Assembly: GCA_963666285.1 (NCBI GenBank)
Contig: OY762711.1
Direction: 5' to 3' (one strand)
DNA length: 64,000 nt
Source: Sedimentisphaerales bacterium
GTDB lineage: Bacteria; Planctomycetota; Phycisphaerae; Sedimentisphaerales; SM23-30
Position 1 is the stretch's first letter; the number at the start of each line of letters is the position of its first letter. Positions 19,244 to 29,314 of this stretch are shown piece by piece. The translations under genes were made by a program, and so were the position numbers. The notes beneath the pieces are model-generated. The model was not told where the DNA came from, searched no databases, and saw only the letters and a list, made by a program, of their open reading frames with translations.

Positions 19244-20065
19244 TCAGATTACACTCTTTAATGTCCAGAAGCTGGAATATATAGCTCTGGAAACCAATGC
19301 TATCACAAAATTAATCGCCAAAATTGCAACAAAACTTCTTACAAATGCCTCGGTACATGCTTTGCCAACTCCGCGTGCACCCTGCCCGCAATTAAAGCCA
19401 TTATAACAGCTAATCAGTGCAATAGCAGAACCAAAAAACAGACCTTTTGAAATACCCAAACATACATCCCAGCGTTCAACTATGTCAGCACTGAACCGCC
19501 AGTACGCCTCAGAATTAATTCCATAATGATAAATACTGATAAGCGAACCACCAATTACTCCCATAAGATCGGCATAAATAGTTAACAAAGGAGTAAGCAA
19601 CACACAAGCAATCAAACGAGGCAGCACCAGATAGCAAACCGGATCAGAACCCATAGCACTTATTGCATCAATCTGTTCTGTTACTTTCATTGTTCCCAAT
19701 TCTGCTGTAAGAGCACCACCAACACGCCCGGCAAGCATAAAAGCCGTTAATACCGGGCCAAGCTCATTTACGACAGAACCATTGATCAGCCCACCCATCC
19801 TGTCTGCCAAACCAAGGTTGTGAAGTTGGGAATAACTCTGAACCGCAAGTGTCATCGCAATAAATGCACCTGTTATCATAACAACCGGCAGACTTTTTAT
19901 GCCTATATCGAACATCTGGCGGTTAAGCCTTTGCCAGGTATGCTTAAACCTGCCTTGTCGCTTATGATAAAACAAAGCAAAAAATACTTTTGCGGAAAAT
20001 CTGGAAAAACTTCCCAGATCGATCAAAAAATCTGATATAAGATATCCTATTCTGTCAACTATCAT
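19244..20065 (-). CDS. mlaE: MlaE-family ABC permease
   Basis: ELGPVLTAFMLAGRVGGALTAELGTMKVTEQIDAI; start ATG 20065 or TTG 20080. Confidence 0.92.
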   Translation of the reverse strand: MIVDRIGYLISDFLIDLGSFSRFSAKVFFALFYHKRQGRFKHTWQRLNRQMFDIGIKSLPVVMITGAFIAMTLAVQSYSQLHNLGLADRMGGLINGSVVNELGPVLTAFMLAGRVGGALTAELGTMKVTEQIDAISAMGSDPVCYLVLPRLIACVLLTPLLTIYADLMGVIGGSLISIYHYGINSEAYWRFSADIVERWDVCLGISKGLFFGSAIALISCYNGFNCGQGARGVGKACTEAFVRSFVAILAINFVIALVSRAIYSSFWTLKSVI

Positions 20066-20182
20066 AAATTCCTGGCCCAATAAATGTCAATATGATCACC
20101 AAAATTAACCTAACTTACTTAAACCACTATTGTTAAATAACTTCCAGTTGGATTAACATAACAAATAATTTTATGTCAACAA

Positions 20183-20211
20183 TTGACTATGTCAAGGATA
20201 TCTTTTACGAT
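20183..20211 (+). promoter_or_regulatory. Putative sigma70 promoter of panB
   Basis: TTGACT-N17-TACGAT. Confidence 0.5.
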
Positions 20212-20264
20212 ATTAGTCTAACACTTTGTCATAAATCACTTTAATAAATGCAGGAAACGATATT

Positions 20265-21101
20265 ATGACCAGAACAAACTTAGCAAAATTAAAGAAAATG
20301 GTACAGCAAGGTAAGAAAATATCCATGCTGACATGCTATGACTACTCCATGGCGGTGCTGCTGCAGCGTGCCGGGGTAGACTCGTTACTGGTGGGCGATT
20401 CGCTGGCACAGGTAGTACTTGGCTACGAAAATACACTGCCGGCTGATATGGAGACCATGCTAACGCTGACAAAGGCGGTACGGCGGGGTGCCGGCAATGT
20501 GTTCCTGATGGGCGATATGCCGTTTATGAGTTATCACAGCTCGATAGAACAGGCTGTTTTGAATGCCGGAAGATTTATGGCCGAAGCAGGCTGTGATGCC
20601 GTAAAGCTAGAAGTCAGCAGTAAATACGTCAAGACCGTTGAGCGTATTGCCGATGCCGGGATACCGGTTTTTGCCCATCTTGGCTTCAAGCCACAGACGA
20701 TTGCATGTGTTGATAAAATAGTTGAAACGCGAGAAATGGCACCAGCGCTGAAGCTAATTGACGACTGCCGGACCATGATCGAAGCAGGCGCGGCGGGGTT
20801 GCTGCTGGAGTGCGTCGCAGCGGAGGTGGCAAAGGAAATAGCGGCGGCCAGCGACGTGCCAGTGATAAGCTGCGGAAGCGGACCGCACTGTCACGGACAG
20901 GTATTGGTAATGCACGAAGCGTTGGGGCTGCCCGGTGCAATCGGCCCGGTGTTTGCAAAACGGTTCGGCGAGATAGGTGAAGCAATCGAAGAAGCAGCAA
21001 AGAGGTACGCCCAGGAAGTAAGTGAGGGAACATTCCCAACCGATGAAACCTGTTATCATATGCAGCCTAAAAAAGTTGAACAGTTCAGAAAACTGTTATA
21101 A
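20265..21101 (+). CDS. panB: 3-methyl-2-oxobutanoate hydroxymethyltransferase
   Basis: MLTCYDY, LLVGDSL, GDMPFMSY, LLLECV, GQVLVMH. Confidence 0.93.
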   Translation: MTRTNLAKLKKMVQQGKKISMLTCYDYSMAVLLQRAGVDSLLVGDSLAQVVLGYENTLPADMETMLTLTKAVRRGAGNVFLMGDMPFMSYHSSIEQAVLNAGRFMAEAGCDAVKLEVSSKYVKTVERIADAGIPVFAHLGFKPQTIACVDKIVETREMAPALKLIDDCRTMIEAGAAGLLLECVAAEVAKEIAAASDVPVISCGSGPHCHGQVLVMHEALGLPGAIGPVFAKRFGEIGEAIEEAAKRYAQEVSEGTFPTDETCYHMQPKKVEQFRKLL

Positions 21102-21218
21102 TTTTCGTCCCCAAATCAGTAAACTTTCATAATTAATATATTGAGAGTGAAAATATAAAAAAGTATTGTTATACCTCGTGTCCCATTGAAAAAAAAGAGA
21201 AAGGACTGTTGTAGTAAG

Positions 21219-22844
21219 ATGCATATCAAAAAAGTCTTATCACTATTGTTTCTGGTCGCAACCTTTACCTGTTCCGGTGCAAACGCATCAGATAAACCTA
21301 ATGTAATCATCATCCTGGCAGATGATATGGGTTTCTCTGATATCGGCTGCTACGGCGGCGAAATAGAAACACCGAATATCGATGCGCTAGCGGCAGGCGG
21401 CATTAAATTCACACAGTTCTATAATACAGCCCGATGCTGCCCTACCCGGGCATCTCTAATGACCGGTCTGCACCCGGCAGAAACCGGCATCGGACATATG
21501 ACCTGTGCCCCGGGCGAAGTTAAATTATATAAGGAGCCCTGCCCGGCATACCAGGGCTATTTGAATAAGAACTGTGTAACAATCGCCGAGGCATTAAAAG
21601 GCAGCGGTTATACAACTTTAATGACAGGTAAATGGCACCTTGGCTTTAACGATAAAGGTCGATGGCCATTACATCGCGGTTTTGACAAATATTTTGGCTG
21701 CGTCGCAGGAGCAACGAACTTTTTTTATCCAGAATATCCTCGCGGCATGATGTATGGTAATACCGATATCATCAAAGATCCTCAAAGCACTACCGACAGG
21801 CGATTCTATACCACAGATGCATTCACCGATTATGCGATAAGATTCATAAAGGAAGAAAAGTCCGAGAAGGACCGGCCATTTTTCCTGTACCTGGCGTTTA
21901 CTTCACCACACTGGCCGCTACAAGCTCACCAGGAAGAAGTAGCCAAGTATAAGGGCAAATATATGATGGGCTGGAACAAACTACGTGAACAGAGATACAA
22001 AAAGCAGATTGAGCTTGGGCTGATCGACCCGAAATGGAAACTAAGCGAGCAGGACGGTCCCGACTGGGATGAGATGGACGAGAACAAGAAAAAAGATATG
22101 GACCTGCGTATGGCAAATTTTGCTGCGATGGTTGACAGGATGGACCAGAATATCGGTAAGCTGGTAAGCTACCTGAAAGAAGCAGGCGAATATGAAAATA
22201 CACTAATACTATTTTTATCTGATAACGGCGGCTGCGCGGAAGGCGGGGAACTGGCCGGAAATACCGACCCGTTTGACCTTGACAAATGGGAGCACACCTA
22301 CGGTGCCGGCCCATCGTACGGTAAAGTATGGGCGAATGCCTCTAATACCCCGTTTTTGAAATACAAGCACTTCACTCATGAAGGAGGAATATCAACCCCG
22401 CTGATCGCACACTGGCCGAAAATGGTTACCAAAGCCGGTGCCTGGTATCGTGAACCGGCATACCTGATCGACCTTATGCCTACAGTGCTGGATGCGACCA
22501 ACTGGAATTATCCAACAGAATATAACGGTAATAAGATTTCACCGGCTGAAGGTGTGTCGCTGCTGCCATCACTGGGCGGCAAGAGCCTGAATCGCGGTAA
22601 GCCGATGTTCTGGGAACATGAGAACAATGCCGCCATGCTGGAAGGTGACTGGAAACTGGTAGGAACCAATGTTGCCAGGCCGAAAGGGCCGGACGCAACC
22701 AAATGGGAACTGTATAACCTGAAGGATGACCGTACCGAGCAGAATAACCTGGCGGCAAAAAAACCTAAGAAAGTTAAACAAATGGCTACCCAATGGTACG
22801 AATGGGCAAAACGTACGAAGGTATACCCAAAACCCAGGCATTAG
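21219..22844 (+). CDS. Arylsulfatase (Cys-type, formylglycine-dependent), secreted
   Basis: KPNVIIILADDMG, CCPTRASLMTG, GKWHLG, PHWP, SDNGG; signal peptide from ATG 21219. Confidence 0.95.
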   Translation: MHIKKVLSLLFLVATFTCSGANASDKPNVIIILADDMGFSDIGCYGGEIETPNIDALAAGGIKFTQFYNTARCCPTRASLMTGLHPAETGIGHMTCAPGEVKLYKEPCPAYQGYLNKNCVTIAEALKGSGYTTLMTGKWHLGFNDKGRWPLHRGFDKYFGCVAGATNFFYPEYPRGMMYGNTDIIKDPQSTTDRRFYTTDAFTDYAIRFIKEEKSEKDRPFFLYLAFTSPHWPLQAHQEEVAKYKGKYMMGWNKLREQRYKKQIELGLIDPKWKLSEQDGPDWDEMDENKKKDMDLRMANFAAMVDRMDQNIGKLVSYLKEAGEYENTLILFLSDNGGCAEGGELAGNTDPFDLDKWEHTYGAGPSYGKVWANASNTPFLKYKHFTHEGGISTPLIAHWPKMVTKAGAWYREPAYLIDLMPTVLDATNWNYPTEYNGNKISPAEGVSLLPSLGGKSLNRGKPMFWEHENNAAMLEGDWKLVGTNVARPKGPDATKWELYNLKDDRTEQNNLAAKKPKKVKQMATQWYEWAKRTKVYPKPRH

Positions 22845-23006
22845 GACATTTCAAAAGATTGTCTCAAGCAGACAGACAGCCAGTTTACTAAACATATGAA
22901 AAAGAAAGCTGCAAAGTAGCTGGCTTCAACTTACCAGAAAATCTTGTAACGTGTTTTTGGCCATACAAAGATCTTTGAGTAAGGAAAAATCAACGATATT
23001 GTCACA

Positions 23007-26000
23007 TTATCTTGATTCAAGCCATTGAGCCGTAAGAGCTTGCAGGTCATTAATGTCTACATAGCCATCATTAGTAAGGTCAGCTCCGCAAATTGATTCC
23101 TTACAATCTGAACTATGCCATTGATAAGCTATTCCGGCGAAATCCGTAAGCCCCTGGTCCCCATAATACATATTTATAACTTCGATTTGCAGGGTTCCGG
23201 TAGCAGAATCTCCAGCGGAATCTATAATCTCAATCATAAACTGATTCATACCAATATCACTTGTTTCAGGGATACCTGTCGCGGTTCCATCATCGGTTAA
23301 ATTCAGCCAGGCAGAACCTGCCAACTTGGTAAAAGTAATAGTGTCATCAACATCGGGATCGGTTACACAATCCATAAGTTCGACTGAATAGCTTTTACCT
23401 TCTGCGGCATTGGCCTCAACTATTGGATTGCTGTTAAATTGTGGCGGAGTGTTGTCTTTTATCAATTCGAAGCCTGCAATATAACAATAATTTCTATTAT
23501 TTTTTTCCTGGACTACAAATTCATAAGTTTTGTCTGAACTTAGCGATACTTTCGCACTTCTTGGCAAAACATTTTTGCCATCAGTGGCAAATATAAGCAA
23601 CGAGGAACTGCTGCCTTGCTCCTGCAGCCACGCTGCTTCTGGAACACTATAAATATCATTTATCCACTGGTAGGACTTAAGGGTATAATCACCGTCCTGT
23701 ATATTGCTGAATGTCAATGTTATTTTTGCTCTGTCGGCAGAGGCCCTGACATAATCGTACAACAGGTCGCCATTTTCGCCATTAGTTTGTGTTGAAACAG
23801 AATCGGTATCAGCTGTAAGGGTAAAGTTAGCCCAGTTGACAGCAGTAGTTTCACCGAAAACCACTCTGGAAAATCCTGTTTCAACAGCAGTGGATTGCAT
23901 ACCAAAATCAAGCCTGTAACTGCTGCTAACATTGCCTGAGGCAAAATTCCAGGTTTGTCCAGGTATAACTTCTGTATCGCGAATCTCATCTATACGCCAA
24001 TAGTAATTATTACCAGGTATTAATGTCACCTCGTAGCTGTTAATACTTGTGCGGCCTTTATATTCCGGTGAATTATGATCGGCAGAATCTACGGCTTCAT
24101 AATTTTGGCCAAAATAAACGTCAAAATCATATATTGACGGCTTACCAGGCATCCAGTTTAAGTTATACTTAGATGATTCAACTTCGGAACTACTCTCAGG
24201 GTCAGGGGCTCCGGCGGGAATGTCCGGGCAGTTTGCGTACAGGTCGGCAATCTCCGTTGAGTCTAATACTTTATGATATATCCTGACATCATCAACAATA
24301 ACAGGAGAATCAGTTCCCTGGTCCTGCTGACTTTGGCTATCGAAAATAACGAGTGGGAAATGGCAGCTTATCATACCATCAGGTACGATTGAGGTCAAAG
24401 TTGAGTTATTAACTTCGGTATTATTAACCCATGCACGAATAACTTTGCTGCTACGGTCAATCACCATAACCAGATGATACCAGGTATCTGCGATGATATT
24501 CGCAGAGGATTCGCGATCGAATTTTTCACTGTTTTGCCATAAATCTCTTTGAAGGTTGCCGGCAAAACGAAATCCTCCTGACCCGAGATGCCCGATACAC
24601 CACCCCCCGCGAGGGCTGCCGAAGCGACCTGGAATTACAGCTCCGCCTTTACAAATCACTACCCCGTCAGCAGAAGGAACCTGCGGATATTTCACCCATA
24701 ACGAAACAGACAGATCTCCATCCATGGGATCACCTGTCATTGAAAAATCTGCACTGGCAGCGCTGCCGTCATCGACAGTATTTTCAAGGGCATAGCCTAT
24801 TTTACCCGTTGTTGAATTGTCAAAGGAAAGACCATCCGTAAGACTGCCATGTGCCTGGAACGGTCCTACATCATGTACGATAGAACCTTGAGTTTCATCA
24901 AAAAGAATATGAGTAGCAACATTTTCATTTTTTACATACACTTTTGCATATCCATTACGGTTGGTTAATCCGGTACTGTCGCTAACATAGTAGACAAACT
25001 CATCTACTCCGACAAACCCTGAGGCCGGAATGTAACGAACAGTACCACCGTTTACTATTTCCACCTTACCGCCATTCCTTGTTGTTTGCTGAACATATTC
25101 CAGGTTGATAGAATCTCCGTTACCATCGTAGTCATTTTCCAGCAGGTTAAAAGATACCGGCTGATCCTGATTGGTGACCGCACCGTCTTCCATGACATAA
25201 GGGCATAAAGGGGCTCCATAGATTATTGCAGGTGCTGCGGTTTCCAGAGCAACATTACTGTGGTCGATCATGCGTTGTACAGTACCGGTACCCAACGCAG
25301 AGTTAGAGCCACTCATTGTGTCGTCCCAGCTTGAATAGTGGCCAGCGCCAAACCCGTGCGCTACTTCATGGCCTAAAGATTTTGAATATTGATCTGTGCT
25401 GCCGACAGTGCAGGTATGCTGATGAAATTTGTCGTCGGCATCAAATACAATACCGGATGAACCGCCACCGCCAGAAGCTTTGAATTTTATTTTTGTATTT
25501 ACATATGCAGACTCTGAACTATACCACCATGCTGTCCAACTGTATGGTTCGCCGCCAACCCTGACCACACATTCCTGTATCTGCCAGGCCATTCCCATAT
25601 CGCGGGCATAAAAATGATCGCTGTCATTTATACGCTGTTCGGCACGAGCGACCGCTGCTTCGATGCTACCAAGGGCCAAATAATAGTCATTGGCAATATC
25701 CATACCAGCATGCATCTGACGCATGGTGTACCTGGGAATAATATATCCATGCTCAGTTGGCGAAGTTCGATCAACCTGTCGTGGAATTATAATATTGCCG
25801 GATCCTGGATCAGCTGTACCGGAAATGCCGGAAATACTAACGGCTTCACTTAGTCTTACAATAGCATCACGTCCATCGTTAAAGTTTGCCTGCAGGGTAT
25901 TGTCCGGCTCGATAGAAGCATTAACCTGAATGTCTGGGTCTTCCTCAACATAGCCGCGATAAGTACGAACTTCAGGAGCCGTAATTTGAGTGTAGCCGGC

Positions 26001-26261
26001 TACAGGATCCCAGGTGTAAATCTTATAATCAGGCGACCTTAAAGAACGTTTGGTTAAAATCAGATGATCCGCCAATCCATCACCAGTTATATCAGATATT
26101 TCCAGCGTTAGATTATCAGGCAAAACTGCATAACAGATAAGTTGAAAAGATAGAATTAGAAAAAATGTTAATTGAAACAGAGAGCCGCACCGGTTTGTGC
26201 TTATACTGATTTTGAATATTCTTTTTAAAACAGACGTACTTAACATATCATATCCTGACAT
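23007..26261 (-). CDS. Secreted multidomain protein: metzincin-like Zn peptidase, cadherin/Ig-like, LamG, unknown beta domain, Ig, dockerin-like tail
   Basis: HEVAHGFGAGH with downstream Met (DDTMSG); NDYDGNGD...YIPASGFVGVDEFVY; WYHLVMV...VDDVRIY; YYWRIDE; ADLTNDGYVDINDLQALTAQWL. Start uncertain. Confidence 0.8.
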   Translation of the reverse strand: MSGYDMLSTSVLKRIFKISISTNRCGSLFQLTFFLILSFQLICYAVLPDNLTLEISDITGDGLADHLILTKRSLRSPDYKIYTWDPVAGYTQITAPEVRTYRGYVEEDPDIQVNASIEPDNTLQANFNDGRDAIVRLSEAVSISGISGTADPGSGNIIIPRQVDRTSPTEHGYIIPRYTMRQMHAGMDIANDYYLALGSIEAAVARAEQRINDSDHFYARDMGMAWQIQECVVRVGGEPYSWTAWWYSSESAYVNTKIKFKASGGGGSSGIVFDADDKFHQHTCTVGSTDQYSKSLGHEVAHGFGAGHYSSWDDTMSGSNSALGTGTVQRMIDHSNVALETAAPAIIYGAPLCPYVMEDGAVTNQDQPVSFNLLENDYDGNGDSINLEYVQQTTRNGGKVEIVNGGTVRYIPASGFVGVDEFVYYVSDSTGLTNRNGYAKVYVKNENVATHILFDETQGSIVHDVGPFQAHGSLTDGLSFDNSTTGKIGYALENTVDDGSAASADFSMTGDPMDGDLSVSLWVKYPQVPSADGVVICKGGAVIPGRFGSPRGGWCIGHLGSGGFRFAGNLQRDLWQNSEKFDRESSANIIADTWYHLVMVIDRSSKVIRAWVNNTEVNNSTLTSIVPDGMISCHFPLVIFDSQSQQDQGTDSPVIVDDVRIYHKVLDSTEIADLYANCPDIPAGAPDPESSSEVESSKYNLNWMPGKPSIYDFDVYFGQNYEAVDSADHNSPEYKGRTSINSYEVTLIPGNNYYWRIDEIRDTEVIPGQTWNFASGNVSSSYRLDFGMQSTAVETGFSRVVFGETTAVNWANFTLTADTDSVSTQTNGENGDLLYDYVRASADRAKITLTFSNIQDGDYTLKSYQWINDIYSVPEAAWLQEQGSSSSLLIFATDGKNVLPRSAKVSLSSDKTYEFVVQEKNNRNYCYIAGFELIKDNTPPQFNSNPIVEANAAEGKSYSVELMDCVTDPDVDDTITFTKLAGSAWLNLTDDGTATGIPETSDIGMNQFMIEIIDSAGDSATGTLQIEVINMYYGDQGLTDFAGIAYQWHSSDCKESICGADLTNDGYVDINDLQALTAQWLESR

Positions 26262-26307
26262 TTTTCTTTCATAGCGGTAGGTTTTATTAGTGAAGCGTGA
26301 GAAACCA

Positions 26308-26354
26308 TAAAAAGAATCCCGGCTAACTTTTAGTTAAAACCGGGATTCATTTTT
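26308..26354. terminator. Terminator-like hairpin between the two secreted-protein genes
   Basis: GAATCCCGG...CCGGGATTC with flanking A and T tracts. Confidence 0.65.
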
Positions 26355-26374
26355 ACATTATTGTATTCAAATAT

Positions 26375-28372
26375 TTAGTTTCTTGGGTCCGGCAAACAGT
26401 TTGGCACTTCGCGGCAGTTCAGCCAGTTAGATACCATGATCTGAGTAAAGTCAAACAGATCGACTATACAGTCCGGATTGCCGTCAGGACCGGTAACGTC
26501 AAATTCCAGAGTTTCACGATCCAGGCAAAGTGTAGTGTTGGCAAAGTCGTTGTATTCATAAGCAACAGCCACCTTATCTAGCGGATAGCTCCATATCTTG
26601 ACATCATCTATTATTGCATTGAACGGCCAGTAGAGACTTGGGTTAGTATCTGGCTCAGTTGCCGGAATAACATCCTGAATACCAAGAAGCAATGGCGAAG
26701 AATTCTCCAGAGGATTACCAGAAACTTCTTTCTGGCCGGTTACAAGCCCGTCAACATAAACTGTTAACAAACCGGCATCCGGATCGAAGGTTGCGGTTAT
26801 CATATGCCACAGACCGTCTCTAATAGATGTCCCGGAAGGAGAGTATATACCTCCTGCTTCACGCATGACAATACCACCTGTAGAATATTGCTGATAAAGA
26901 GCAAAACCCTGTTGAACATCTCCTGTTCTGTCATTTTTACCGAGAATACCACAATAATCATTATTAGTTGTATTTACCCAGGCACTAACAGTAAAGCCAA
27001 GCGGATAGAAGTTGAATGCTTCGACACTATCTTCCACTTCCACGTAAAAATCATTGGAAAGTGATAAAGCCTGACCATGATCAAAAATACCCGGCACATA
27101 ATCCTCTACCGGTGTTCCGGTATTAAGTACATTCGGGTCAATAAGAGTACCTGTAAAGTTGTCAACGTTATCAACCAGATCTCCATCGAAGTCCCAGTGA
27201 GCAACGAGCCTCTTGATCATCAACCGAGCAACTTCTGAAGTATCATTACCTGCACCATTGGAAGCAACAGCATAATATTTTCCTTCATCAGCTTGTGAAG
27301 CTTCAGGAATAGTAAAGCTCAATCCTATACCGACTTCTGTGTCATTAACACCATCAACATACTTATACCAGGTTACACTATCGATATTTTCACCTGCTAA
27401 TGTAAATACAGCATCAGCACCAGGCCCAACAAGCTGACCGACAGGTTCTTCGGTAATAGCCGGAGTAGCAGGCGTTGTAGTAAATGACCAGACAAAACCA
27501 TCTATATTATTAACATCTCCCGGAGGATAAACACCACCCTGGCCGTCATCTACACCTTGTTCAACTTTCCAGCTATACTGGGTATTGTATGCCAGAGATA
27601 CAGGCCCGTAAGAAGCTGTATCAGCAGACGCATCAATTTCACTGATATAATATAGATTAGGATCATCTACTCCATTGGTGAATGTGCCGTAGAGATAATA
27701 TTTTACGACATCTGCATTCGGCAGATCGTTTTCGTCTAAACCTTTTGTCCAACTGAGCATTGGAGTAGTTGAAACGAACAATTCTTTATTTGCTGGATTT
27801 GGATAGTGTGCCTGCAGAACGGTTTCGATAAGTTCAAAACCTGCAATGTAGGCATAGTTTCTGCTACTTTGTTCTGTAATAACAAATTCATATGTTGTTC
27901 CGGCATCGAGCATGACAACATATTCGTAAGGATCAACATTTTTGCTTTGTTTTCCAAAATCAATTAAAACATCCCCACCCTGCTCCTGCAAAACTGAATT
28001 TTCAGGGACGCCATACATATCACCTAACCATTGATGGAACCTAACCGTATAGATACTGCTTTTAACACCGGTGAAGGTAAGAGCTACCTGGCAGCCGCTG
28101 CCACTGGACCTGGCACAATCATAAAGCAGATCGTAATTTGAATTACCATCTATTAGACTATCGTAGTCTCCATTTGTCTGTATGGAATTAGTACCGGTTC
28201 CTGTTAAAGTAAACTCAGCACCATCAATTGCAACAGAACTGTCAAACTGAATAGAAGTGAAACCGGCTTGCACGGCACCTTCAGTATCACCAAAGTCCAA
28301 CTGATAATCTTGCCCGGCAAAAAGCGAGTGTGTTAAAAAAGCAACAATTAGAACTGCAACCAGATTTTTCAT
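26375..28372 (-). CDS. Secreted protein: unknown beta domain, Ig-like, LamG, dockerin-like tail
   Basis: GGAGG RBS; signal peptide; DEGKYYAVASNGAG (Ig); WHMITATFD...IIDDVKIW (LamG); DVTGPDGNPDCIVDLFDF...NWLNC. Confidence 0.85.
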   Translation of the reverse strand: MKNLVAVLIVAFLTHSLFAGQDYQLDFGDTEGAVQAGFTSIQFDSSVAIDGAEFTLTGTGTNSIQTNGDYDSLIDGNSNYDLLYDCARSSGSGCQVALTFTGVKSSIYTVRFHQWLGDMYGVPENSVLQEQGGDVLIDFGKQSKNVDPYEYVVMLDAGTTYEFVITEQSSRNYAYIAGFELIETVLQAHYPNPANKELFVSTTPMLSWTKGLDENDLPNADVVKYYLYGTFTNGVDDPNLYYISEIDASADTASYGPVSLAYNTQYSWKVEQGVDDGQGGVYPPGDVNNIDGFVWSFTTTPATPAITEEPVGQLVGPGADAVFTLAGENIDSVTWYKYVDGVNDTEVGIGLSFTIPEASQADEGKYYAVASNGAGNDTSEVARLMIKRLVAHWDFDGDLVDNVDNFTGTLIDPNVLNTGTPVEDYVPGIFDHGQALSLSNDFYVEVEDSVEAFNFYPLGFTVSAWVNTTNNDYCGILGKNDRTGDVQQGFALYQQYSTGGIVMREAGGIYSPSGTSIRDGLWHMITATFDPDAGLLTVYVDGLVTGQKEVSGNPLENSSPLLLGIQDVIPATEPDTNPSLYWPFNAIIDDVKIWSYPLDKVAVAYEYNDFANTTLCLDRETLEFDVTGPDGNPDCIVDLFDFTQIMVSNWLNCREVPNCLPDPRN

Positions 28373-28529
28373 AGAAATTCCTCCATTTTTTACCCCTGTA
28401 TGAAATTCACATTATCCTGCCCAACAGGGAACGACAAAATAACTAACTTATAGTTTCATTATCCATATAATAGTGTATTATAAATAATTGTCATTTATTC
28501 ACAAAACAATGTTTAGCCAATTACCTGAA

Positions 28530-28571
28530 AACGTTACATATGTCCATTATAACGTTACATATATCTATTAT
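28530..28571. repeat. 21-bp tandem duplication containing a palindromic AACGTT operator-like core
   Basis: AACGTTACATATGTCCATTAT / AACGTTACATATATCTATTAT (19 of 21 identical). Confidence 0.7.
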
Positions 28572-29314
28572 TAATAAAAACCAAATGGCACTATAATAAT
28601 GATTGTGAAAAAAATGTAAGATAATTTTAATAAGATGAATCCATATTAAAAAGTAGCTGAAGCTCGACTGGGAAAGTAGGCATTTATCTCAATAGCAAAA
28701 AATGCACATCGAGAAACAGATAGTTTTTGATGTCCAAAGAAAAAAGATAAATAATATAAAATGAGATATTACCGGTATTCATTATGTAAAATCGCCAGGT
28801 AGACCAATAGAAATGATATTCAACAAATTAGAATAAAAATTCAATCAAATCATATCACCAACTAAGCCTAATCATTATAAACTCTTTATACTAAAAGACT
28901 TAAATAAACAAGAGCGATAAACTTGCATAAACCTGACGATTTGAGCATCCCAAATATACAATATTGCATAGATTTCTAAACAAGGGGTTGTAGAGACCTA
29001 GCAAATCAGCTATAATATATCCAAATAATTAAGAATTTCTTAAAAAAGTTAGTTTTCTACTGTGATCGCCGGAATAAAGTCGATAATACAGATGCAATAT
29101 TGAAAAGAGATAGTAAAGCGTTTTCCTGCCGAATTCACGCATTAAATACAAAATACCAGCTGGGATACTATCCTGATGTTTTGTATCAGCAACATAACAA
29201 ATTAATAAAAAGTATTGTACTTCCTCAAGTTTTCTTAAGATTCTTTTAACAAGCAGTCTTGCTTTATGTATTTATTAATTGAGCAGACCGCATAGGACAA
29301 AAAGGAAAAAAGCA

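Noticed and set aside
28600..29270. Long AT-rich intergenic region as a possible RNA gene or pseudogene
   Set aside because: No ORF remnant, tRNA fold or convincing repeat found by eye
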